Source: Cycas panzhihuaensis
Lineage: Eukaryota; Plantae; Cycadophyta
DNA length: 64,000 nt
NCBI GenBank assembly: GCA_023213395.1
Contig: CM041465.1
Span: forward strand, 161,455,741-161,519,740
Direction: 5' to 3'
Shown: positions 53,530 to 64,000 of the stretch, piece by piece
How positions within the stretch are numbered: position 1 is the stretch's first letter
How the letters are laid out: every line of letters begins with the position of its first letter
The notes under the pieces: model-generated
Seen by the model: only the letters and a program-made list of their open reading frames with translations
The model's database searches: none
What the model was told of the DNA's origin: nothing
Translations under genes and position numbers: made by a program

Positions 53530-55534
53530 ATAGAAATATTATATGTTTAGTTTCTTTCATCTGAATAATCTTTAGAAGTATGTACACAATTCAGTTAAGG
53601 GTAAAGATGTTGTAGAGATTATTGTGTTTGAAATTAAATTGATGATTGATTCTACTTTTAAAGTTGAATATAAATCAAGGATGTATATAACATTTGATTT
53701 TCTCAACATGTCAATCAATGACAATATTATTTTGAACATCAAGGGCACTTCTACACCAAAGCATATATAGGACATGGTCATAAACTTATATGAGCACAAT
53801 AATGGCGTGTAAGCCTTGAACTTATGAAGTTAATTGTACACTTTAAAGATGACTAGAAATATGATAGAATACATACGTAATGTGAGGTTAATTCAAGATC
53901 AACTATTAATGATTAGGGAGATCATTCTAATTTAGAATTAATAGTTTATGTACTAGGGAGTCTTCCACTCCTATATGAGAATTTCACCACTACATTAACC
54001 CTGGTAAATAAATTATCCACTATGATAATTAGTTCTTTAGAATCCTTGCTTATCAAATATGAGTAAAAATTAAAACATATACATGGTGAATCATTTAAAG
54101 TACTAGCATATAGGTCAAGAGGAAAAATGGTGTATATTCCTCAGAAGAATGTATCTTATAAACCTATTATTTAAAAAAATAGACTTGGAGCTTCAAAAAA
54201 AAAAATACAGACCTAAATGTTATTATTATAGGAAGCTAGGTCATATCAAAAGGGATTATTGGGAATGGCAACAATAACAATGCTCTTAGCAACCTCATAA
54301 TCAACCCCAATAACAAAAATAGTAATAATGATAATAATAACCACTTAGATAATGTGGTCATACTATAGATTTAATAGAGAAGATATATACTACAATTACA
54401 ACATGGTTGTTTGCTATAGAATATAAGATGGATTATGATGCATATGAGATATGGTTTATTGATTTATATGCAATAAAACACATGATTATAAGGTTGGAAT
54501 AGTTTAGTGATATGTGATAGCGAATCTAAATGTAACCATTAGGAATGGCACTAAGCTAGAGTCCACCGGAATTAGAAAGATACCATTTACCATGTTGAAT
54601 AATGATAAAAAAACATTTAGAGTATGTTATGTGCATATTAGATTTGAAGGTAAATCTTATTTAGTTGGTGAAATTAAACAACAAGATATGATTGTGATGT
54701 CTACTTAAGCATAGTGCATGGTCTAAGACAAACAAATAGGATCATAGTCATAGATATTAGAGAAAATAATATATACAAACCATAAGGATACTCTAAAGTA
54801 CATAGAGCATTCCTTATTACATCTCAAAAATAGAAGTTATGGCATAAACAAATGAGTCATTTAAACTAAAATAGTCTCTAATTGATGCATAAGTTAAAAA
54901 TAGTACATGACCTTCCTCTAATAAATAATAAAGGTTATTTATGTAAACTTTATATATTTGGAAAGTAGCACAAAGAACCATTTTTTAAGAAGAAAGTATG
55001 GAGATGTAGAGGGAAGTTTAGATTGGTTTAATCAAATATCTATGGACCAATGCTTATTGTTTTATTAGGTGGAGTGAGATACTTTATCTCTTTTATTAAT
55101 AACTTTTCAAAGGAAGTTTAGGTTTTTCCATTGTAAGAAAAATCATAAGCTTTCACTTACTTCAAATAATTTAAGGAGTAGGTAGAGAATGAAAATGGAT
55201 AGAATATCAAAGTCCTATGGACTGATAATGGTGGAGAGTACACTTCAACTAAATTTCATATAATTTTATAAGGATTATAGAATTAAGAGACATTTTTCTA
55301 CTACTTATATGCCTCAACAAAATAGAGTTATTAAGTAGATGAATAAAATATTAGTTAAAAAAGCTAAAGAAATGATGAAAAACAATGTTACAAGTTTCTT
55401 ATACCCAAAAGCTATAAACATAGTTGCATATCTGATGAATAGAAGCACTATAAGGGCTGTTAAAAACATAACATTTAAGGAGTCTTAGTCAAGTAGGAAA
55501 CCAATAAAAATCATCTAAGAGTCTTTAAGTGTAA

Positions 55535-55628
<94 letters not shown>

Positions 55629-55665
55629 AAGATACATACATATATATAGATACATACATACATAT

Positions 55666-55738
<73 letters not shown>

Positions 55739-57790
55739 CCCAAGGAGATATGATAAAAGTTAGAAGATAAAAACACAAAGTTTATCATTATTAGATACTT
55801 TAAATAAAGTAAACCATATAGAGTATATAAGTTGTCGACTTGAAAAGTTCATAAAACTTGTGATATAATTTTTAAATAGATGAGACTTAAAAGGTCAATT
55901 CAATTAATATTGAGGACCATATAGAGGAGTTACTTAAATGCATTTCTTCATCTGATATTGTTCAACCTAAATATGAGTCATTTGATATTGGTAAAGAAGT
56001 AGAATTAGAATGCTTTGAATTTTTAGAAGTTAAATATGAGTAAAAGTTAAAAATACAGTTAAAGCCAAAAAGCTAGAGCTAAAGGCAAAGAAATTATATA
56101 ATCCTTTACCTTTATATTTGAAAAAGAAGCTTCTAAAATAGTATTTAAAAATTATGGAGGATGTTGAGAAATTATTATCTAATACTAAGGGAAAATATAA
56201 GTGAAAAATATAACCTTATGAATATGTAAATATAACTCTTATGATATGTGTGTTATATGTAGATGAACCAACTATAGTTAAACAAGCAGTCAAAGAGCAG
56301 GAGTGGAATGACACTATGCAGACTAAAATATAAGTTATTAAGAAGAACCACTCATGTGATTTTATCAAATTACCTACTTACAAGTATACAATTGGATGTA
56401 AATAGATGTGCAGGACTAAGCTTAAATGAAAAATCTATGGATAAACATAAATCTCAACTTATAGAAAAAAGCTTCAAACAGCAACAGGGGATTAGCTACC
56501 AAGAAATATTTACTCTTATTATAAAGGTGAATACCATTCATCTCATTTTAACAATAGCCATATAATTCAATTGGTAGTTATACTAGATGGATGTGAAGAG
56601 CATATTTTTAATGGGAATTTAATTGAAGAAGTCTACATGAAGTAGCCACATTGCTTTATTAAAAAAGGTCTTAATCACTTGGTATGTTGACTCAAGAAGT
56701 CCTTAAATACACTGAAACAAGCTCCTAAAGCTTGGCATGAAAATATTGATAAGTACTTTTTTAAGAATAAATTTAAAAGACCTCTAAATGACTCATATCT
56801 ATACATAAAAGAAAAAAAATGATAAAATTATATTTATGGTATTATACATTGATTAACTACTAATAATATGTATTGATATCGATATTATATCAAATTCAAA
56901 AAAAAAAAACTTCATCATTTCTTTAAGGTGACAAATTTGGTAATTCTATACTACTTTAGAGTGAAAGTATCGTAAAGGCCTAAGCATATCTTTATTTTAT
57001 AGGTGAAATGCACTTAGAAAATTTTGAAGAAATTCAAAATAGATGATTATAAACCTATGCTTTCCTCCATAAAGATGGGTTTTAAATTGACAATAGAATA
57101 TGGTGGAATGGATGTTAATTCAACATTATGCATATAACTAGTGAGAAGTCTAATATACATTATTATTACCAAACCCGATATATCTTTTATAGTTAGAATT
57201 GTATCTAGATTTATAGTAGCACCAAAATAAAGTCACTAAAAACTAAAAAAATATCCTCAAATACTTGAAAGGGATAATATAATATGGACTTGAATTCGAA
57301 CATAATGATAATTTTAAGTTGATAGGATTTACAAATTTTGATTAGGCCGGATATGTAGATAGTAAAGGTTGACTTCTAGATATTATTTTAGTTTAGGTTT
57401 AACTACCATCACTTAGAGTAGTGAAAAGTAATATTACTTTATCCTTTATTAAAGCAAAGTATAAAGTTATAGTTGCAACAATTACTCAAGCCATTTGGTT
57501 ATGATAGATTTTAAAAGGCATGGGACTACCACAACTAGAACTAACTATCTTGTGTTATGATAATTAAAGGACTTTAAAGATTATATAAAATCCTATATTC
57601 CATGCTTACACCAAATATCTCGAGGTGCACTATCACTTTATTTGATAATTAATTTTAAAAGGTATGATTAAAATGGTGTACAAGCTTATATAAAAATAGT
57701 AGGTTGACATCTTCGCCAAACCACTAGCACATAGTAGATTCTAGACTTTTAGGGATGTCTTAAGTGTAAAAATAAATAAAATAAATATTA
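53530..57790 (+). pseudogene. gag-pol: Copia-3 gag-pol
   Basis: Knuckle relic ~54220-54260, WFIDLYAIKHM (PR), TDNGGEY and PQQN (IN), MDVKS and LKKSLNTLKQAPKAW (RT), FHAYTKYLEVHYHFI (RH). The gag start is approximate. Confidence 0.9.
55538..55736. repeat. Compound (TA)n(TACA)n(GA)n microsatellite inside Copia-3 pol
   Basis: Read directly from the sequence. Confidence 0.98.
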
Positions 57791-58835
57791 AGTAGGACTA
57801 TTGATAATTAATGTTTATTTAAAGCTTATAACTTTGGGTTATCAGCCTCCCTTTTAATTTTTGTATTGTATTAATATTAGGTTATTTTAAAATTTATATA
57901 TGTGGTGAGTTATTAGGGGTTATAACTATCACATCACGTGTCATTTAGTTAAAATTTAGATTTTGTCTTAGAATTGCATTTATGCATATACAGTGCATTG
58001 TAAAATTTAATGAGAAATGACTTTAATTTGACATTTTATCAATTATGTGAAATTAATTTTCATATTAATTATGTAGTTAATCTTACTTTAGTTAGATCTT
58101 CATTCCTATTATTTCAACACTATAAAGCAAAAGAAAATAAAAATTGAATGAGAAAGGAATTTAGGCATATCACTTGCATTTAGATATATCAAGTGAGTTT
58201 GCTCTCTTTTATTGTAGCATTTGCTTAGTCTAAGTGTTTATTGCTTGTATACAATTGAAAAAACATACTAGTTTGCATAATAGGTCTTTTATCTTTAAGT
58301 CTTTCTTCACCAAAAAGAAGGGTCACTTAGGTCTCCACTTAGATTTAATCATAAGGGGATAGGGGTGACCTAACACCCAAGGTGGATTGTGTCTTTTCAC
58401 CATGTTTTGAATAAGAGTGGTGGAAAACTATCCTTATTACATATTCATGTATGAAATTTAGATATTTCAATAAACACCATATGTAACATTTAGAGTGATA
58501 TCTCCTCATCTCTTTTACCTTCCAGAGTTGATGAGGCTAGTTGGAAATAGATACGAGTAGACATGAATCTTCCATGTTCATAAGGATAAATTATTACTAC
58601 CACCTATAAGTCTCCATTAACTTATCTACAAGCTAATCAATCACATGGTCTTATTTCCTTTTGGCCTCTTCTCACATTACTCATCCCAAATTTTTAGTTA
58701 TGGTAGAATAATTTTTTATCCAAATTGGATCCCTTTTAATCCTTAATTCCCTTCAAAAAAAAATGTAAATACCTTTAGATGGAGTCTCACAAGTGTTTCT
58801 AGTATTTAACAGGTGAAAAATGGAATTCTATGCTC

Positions 58836-59820
58836 TGATAAATGAAAAAAATATGTATTACTAAGTATGAATAGGTACAATTAGGTATGACCAAAGTGCA
58901 ATCATGTGCAACTAGACTGCAACTAAGTGCAAATAGACTATGACCAAGTGCAACCTAGACTATAAGTAGGTACAACCAGGTGTGCCAAGACTGTGACCAA
59001 GTGTAACGGATACGACTGGACTATAACCAAGTGTGATTAGGCTATGAATAGGTACAACTAGGTATGACCAACAGGTGTAACTAGGTATGACGAAACTACG
59101 ACCAATGGTAAAAAGAATAATCCAATGATTATAAAATTTACCCAGCATAGTCGTACACCTGTCAATGACTTCATGAGAGATATAAATAGTTTTCTAACTA
59201 TTTTTTTATTAGTTATAAATGAAAGAAAATTAAGATATAAAATGAGGAAAAAATAATATAGAATGAATAGTACAAAGAGAAGTTAAATGAATAGAGAACA
59301 ACATGAAAAAAATGGCTTACATCGATTTATGAGGTAAGAAGAAGACCTACAAGTTTTAGATGTAGCCAAGGAGAAGCAAAAGATAGCAGAAGCAATCCAA
59401 AAGAGATGCCAAGTCTTAAGCCTCTAAGAAAAGTGAGCTTCCTGGCTAAATAGAGGACAAATCCCCACACCAAGATCACTAGAAAACATTCTAAGGAGGA
59501 TGCAACAGCCAAGAAAGAGATCAGATCTTTTACGTCCATTCTTACGTTGTTGTAACAGTCTAGTAAATACTTAATAGAATACAAAATAAACATATATTTG
59601 TAAGAATATTGTAAAATATAATAAATATATAATAAATATTGAATCTGAGTTGTTTTAATTAGATTGTCATTACTTTTTCCATTTAATTTAGATTAATATT
59701 ATTAGTATCAGAGCATGGTTCCTAACCCTTAAGAGTTTGGGAATAAGAAAACTCGCCATGTTGCTATGTTAAAAGAATTTTATGAAAACTAGATTTCAAT
59801 ATCAAATGACTAGAGAACCC
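58836..59820 (+). mobile_element. 5' LTR (58836-59701), PBS and start of the internal region of another LTR element, interrupted by gag-only element B
   Basis: TGATA...TATTA termini, PBS-like TAGTATCAGAGC (59703-59714), TATAAATA near 59181. Confidence 0.7.
58859..59105. repeat. Degenerate 10-11-bp minisatellite in the LTR U3
   Basis: Variants of ACTAGGTATG, ACCAAGTGCA and ACTAGACTATG in tandem. Confidence 0.85.
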
Positions 59821-60189
59821 TGTTACAGTATGGAGAACAAAGCAGAGTAGGTGAATATATAAATCAAACTAGTATTCAAGCCATATTAAGAGTGCACATT
59901 CAAAAGATTATTGTATTAAGTTATCTTTGAAGAGTACATCCAAATATCCTTTATTGAAGGTGGTGTTAATGAACACCAGGGTTTTTCACTCCATAAAATA
60001 TATACTTAGGAGGAAGAAGGGAATCTCCTCAACCTTTAAATTTAAAATAATATAAAATAATAACAAAGCATTATAATAATAACAATACATAATAACATTA
60101 TCTTAACTTACCATGTAGATGTGTGCACTTCACATGTTTCTAAGGTGGGAGTTAGGTGAGGAACATTAACCCCATCATACTGCCTATTA

Positions 60190-60890
60190 ATGTTCATCAC
60201 GTAAGTCTTCAATTTCTCTTTAAAATTATAGTATAAATGCGTTAGGAATACTTTGAAAATATGATTCAACTCACGTCTTATATCTTTATCTTCATCCTTG
60301 ATGTGTTTATAAACTTACATCATTATCCTTTCCATGTAATCTTTAACAAAGTGTGGTTCAAATGTAGGTATAACTTACTTCAAATGAATAGGAATGTCTT
60401 TATCTTTGACTTTGTCTTCTTGATGAGAGTCAATCAAATTAAATATACGTGTAGCCTCAACGAATACAATATTGTATTCATTACTCTTATTAGAATCTTC
60501 AACATTATATGCAACATTAGACTTTTCATTAATAATCACTTGCTCTATTATCTGTCTCACAAGAAACACATCATTAATATAGTTAAATTCAATTAATTCT
60601 AAAATTTCTCTCCTATAAAGTGAATATAGGGTATCCCAAATAGATTTAGATGTAGTCATATCACAAATATGAGTGAGTACATCATCATTTATTGTACAAA
60701 ACATTAATGCTAAGGCTTCATTATCTTTTTTCAAGTTTTCTCTAAAATTTTGTTCATTCTCTAGATAACCATGCTCTACAAATTTTTAAAGGTCATTTAC
60801 CATAAAATATGTTTTTAATATGCATCTCCAAACATGAAAATTAGTCATATCAAATATGGGAAACATCACATCATCCAAATAGGTGGTCAT
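60190..60890 (-). pseudogene. gag: Copia-type Gag N-terminal region plus K/D-rich tail
   Basis: MTTYLDDVMFPIFDMTNFHVWRCILKTYFMVNDL*KFVEHG...KKDNEALALM...TTSKSIWDTL; one frame with three in-frame stops running to the PPT. Confidence 0.8.
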
Positions 60891-63256
60891 TATAAAAAAT
60901 ATTTTTAGTGCATAAACTTAATGTATTGTCTTAATGAATAAATGAGAACCTCTAATAAGTGAATAACATGAAATATGCAATAAATGCTCTTTTACATGCT
61001 CTTTTAATAATTTTCTTTCTTGATCAATATAAAGACTACAACTAGGCAATGTATATCTTCTTAAAATAGAGCAAGATAAATGCTTTCCTTTAAAATGAAG
61101 ATAAAATTAATCAATGATTCTTTCAAATGATTTATATAAACCTTAAAGGTAAAGGCCTAAAATAAACCAAAGATAATTTGAAATATATATTAGAATTTTC
61201 AAATCAATGCCTTTATAAATCAATGAAAAATAACTTGATAATAAAGGAAAACATATCCTTCAAATTAAATTCAATAATACTATTTGTAAGATAACTTTCA
61301 TGAGAGTTCAAATAAGCTTTAAAAAAATATGAAGTGCTTTGAATGCTTATATGACATATACTGCACCTTGAAAATTCTTTGAGAGCTTGAAATAAAGCTA
61401 AATAAACCTTCACTATATAGATGAAATCATTAAGAGTAAATATAAGCTCTTTTACATCAAAGAAATATGCATGTATACTTGAAATATGTTTATGAAATAA
61501 ACCTTAAATGAATGCTTTAAGAGAGACAATAAATAGCCAAAAATAAGCAATGAATATATCTTAAGAGAGCTTTGAAACAAATTTATAAGATGAAAGAATA
61601 AAATAAAAGCTTAAAAGTAGAGTTGTAAGGTGCTAAAATTCACCAATTTGATGATTTTGATGCCAAAGAAGGCTCTTTCACCTTAAGAGGCCAAAATAGA
61701 GTTATATGGCTAAAAAAACACTTATGAGCCTCTAAAAATAATCAAAATTTGCAATCAACTAATTAGTAGTTCAATATTAAACAAATATATTAAATTTGAA
61801 TGAAAATTTTGCTTTAAATATTTAAAAACTTATCCAACTAGGACCAAATTAGAGCTTCAACTTTAACAGCTTTAAAGACCTGTAAAATAGTGACAAATCA
61901 CGATAAGACCTATTCCAACATGTAGAGCACTAAAAATCTTTTAGACAATTTTAATAGTTTAGAAAACAGAGTTATAGAACTCAAGATATTATAAAAACTA
62001 TCCAAGAACCTTTTTTATGTATCAAAATAGAGAAGGAGGGGGCATAAGCCCCTTATCCAAGCTAGCCCAGGTCATACAGAGAGTAATATGACTGCTTGTT
62101 GGAGGGATGGAGGGGGCTAGGACTCCAAATCTTATGAAATATATTTAATATTTTAAAAACTAAAAATATAAAAAAGTAATCCATAACTTTTGAGATCTGC
62201 CCCTTTTAACAAGGTCATATGGGTCAGTATATGACCTCAAACCAAAGCAAGGGGGGCTAAATCAAATCCACGCATCTGCAAATCTTAAATTCTATGAAAT
62301 CTAATTTAATTAAATCTAAACTTTATAAAAAATAAAATATTTTACCAACGAAAATTTGCCCATTAACAAAGATACGCAGGTGCAAATCGATCAATGATTT
62401 TGATCAGAAAATTGATCTAAACATAGATTGATCATACCCACAAATCCATGAAGGGGGGTGTAATGATCCATGTACCAAAAATATACTCTAAAAATATATT
62501 TTTATATATAAAACTGAAGAAATAAATTATTAAGAGCGCGGTTGATAAACACTAAATCTGCATAAAAGAATATCAAACTTTCGATCAAAAGGCAGATTGA
62601 ATACTTACCACAGGGGCTCCAAAATTTATTTTTGAAAAATATATAAATATTATTAAAAAATAAAGGAGGAAAAAAAAAAGTTTACTAAGCGGCTGATAGA
62701 CTGCGCATAAATGGGCAAAGTCGAGGAGCTTCGACCAATGAAAAGATGTAGCAAATAATTGAAATGGACCTTTAAATCTTACAAGTAGGGTACCACAATG
62801 TAAACAGGAGATCTGGAAAGAAATAGTAAAGAAAATTGATCCAAGTATAAGTCTTTCAAACCTAGATGACCGTGGAGGGTGCACAGCAATGAGGAAGACA
62901 TATAAATCATAACAAGCTTAAAAATAGGTTGGGATAGCCTCAATTAGTTTGTATTAAGCTTGTGCCATTGTAACAAAAGAAACCAAATGAAAAACAAAGA
63001 GAAAATAAATAAATAGAAGAAGGGCAATGGGGTTTCACTACTCAAACTAAGTAGTCTATGTCTGTGAGGAAGATCTCTTCGTAAGAGTGATAAAATTTGA
63101 AACCGTCAAATCCAATACGAAGCTAACTTAGAGAGCTTCAAAACAAGTGGTCACTTGATATTATTTGGATCACCGTGGAGAGCACACCAATATGTAGAAG
63201 TCTAAGTTTCTTATAAAACTTCAAAATTTTAGTAGAAAATAATTAATATCATAAGA

Positions 63257-63498
63257 AAATATTAGTTAAAATGGAAATATAATGGCTCCAAATGATTGTT
63301 GGGTTAATTATAGCTATATACTCTACATAGATCTAAGAAAATATAAATTATTTTGTTGCAAAACCTTAAAAAATTAATGAAAATTGATTAAAATCATGAA
63401 AATATTAGTTGAAGTGCCAATATAATGGCTCCAAATGATTGTTGGGCTAGTTATGGCTACACACTCTACATAGATCTAAGAAAATACAGATTATTTTG
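63257..63498. repeat. About 100-bp direct repeat (two copies) in the element B leader
   Basis: AAATATTAGTT..AATATAATGGCTCCAAATGATTGTTGGG..CTCTACATAGATCTAAGAAAATA at ~63257 and ~63400. Confidence 0.9.
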
Positions 63499-64000
63499 AA
63501 TATACAAATCAAAAATAGTCAAATTTTTAGCAAAAAGAATATAAAAATTATCAATAAACTTTATAAAAATTGAATAAAAACTCAATATAGTGTTTTCCAT
63601 GAGCAATTTGATAGATCTCCTTTTTAAAACGCAATAGATCTTTTCTTTGATGCCAAATGAAGACAACTCAAGTAGCTTTAAATGTAGATCAAGATCTAAA
63701 ATGCTAAATGAAACCAAGTAGGCTAAGATCAAGATGCTTGATACAAAATGTTACCAAGATATAGCTCTGATACCATGTTAAAGTATAGAGAACAGAGCAT
63801 AGCAAGTGAATATATAAATCAAATTAGTATTCAATCCATATTAAGAGTGCATATTCAAAAGATCATTATATTAAGCCATCTTTGAAGAGTACATCCAAAT
63901 ATTCTTTATTGAAGGTGGTGTTAATAAACATCAGGGTTTTACACCCCATAAAATATATACTTGGGAGGAAGGAGGGAACCTCCTTAATATCCAAATTTAA

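Larger units (their letters stand above)
51105..58119 (+). mobile_element. Full-length, heavily decayed Ty1/Copia element (Copia-3), 7.0 kb with a ~2-kb leader
   Basis: LTRs 51105-51398 and 57799-58119, TSD TTATA / CTATA, PBS TGGTATTAGAGT (51407-51418), PPT-like AAGTAGGA before 57799. Confidence 0.92.
59821..64000 (-). mobile_element. Non-autonomous gag-only LTR element B; 5' LTR runs out of the window
   Basis: 3' LTR 59821-~60177 repeated from 63776, PBS GCTCTGATACCA (63764-63775), degenerate PPT at ~60178-60190; no pol motifs seen in the 3.6-kb interior. Confidence 0.88.

Noticed and set aside
58859-59105. CRISPR-like array
   Set aside because: Contiguous degenerate 10-11-bp units without unique spacers, inside an LTR, with no cas genes.

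Overview
AT-rich, strongly CpG-depleted plant nuclear DNA made almost entirely of nested, mostly decayed transposable elements; I found no host gene, RNA gene or CRISPR array. It holds three full-length decayed Ty1/Copia elements (3356-10962, 35099-40160, 51105-58119), a chromodomain Ty3/Gypsy element (40862-49175) carrying two solo LTRs, and a Tat-type Gypsy element with an extra RNase H after the integrase. That domain order is known from gymnosperm TatIII elements, so a gymnosperm source is inferred. There is also a young full-length L1-clade LINE with RNase H (11678-17882), a possible hAT relic and several microsatellites. Best candidates for something new: (i) two LTR elements with different LTRs that encode only a Gag N-terminal fragment fused to a similar K/D-rich tail; (ii) a densely base-paired ~480-nt RNA domain with a possible pseudoknot in a Copia leader; (iii) an outward-facing telo-box plus splice-donor exon at the LINE 5' end; (iv) a spliced antisense ORF in the Tat element. 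All calls were made by eye without searches, and domain boundaries in decayed regions are approximate.
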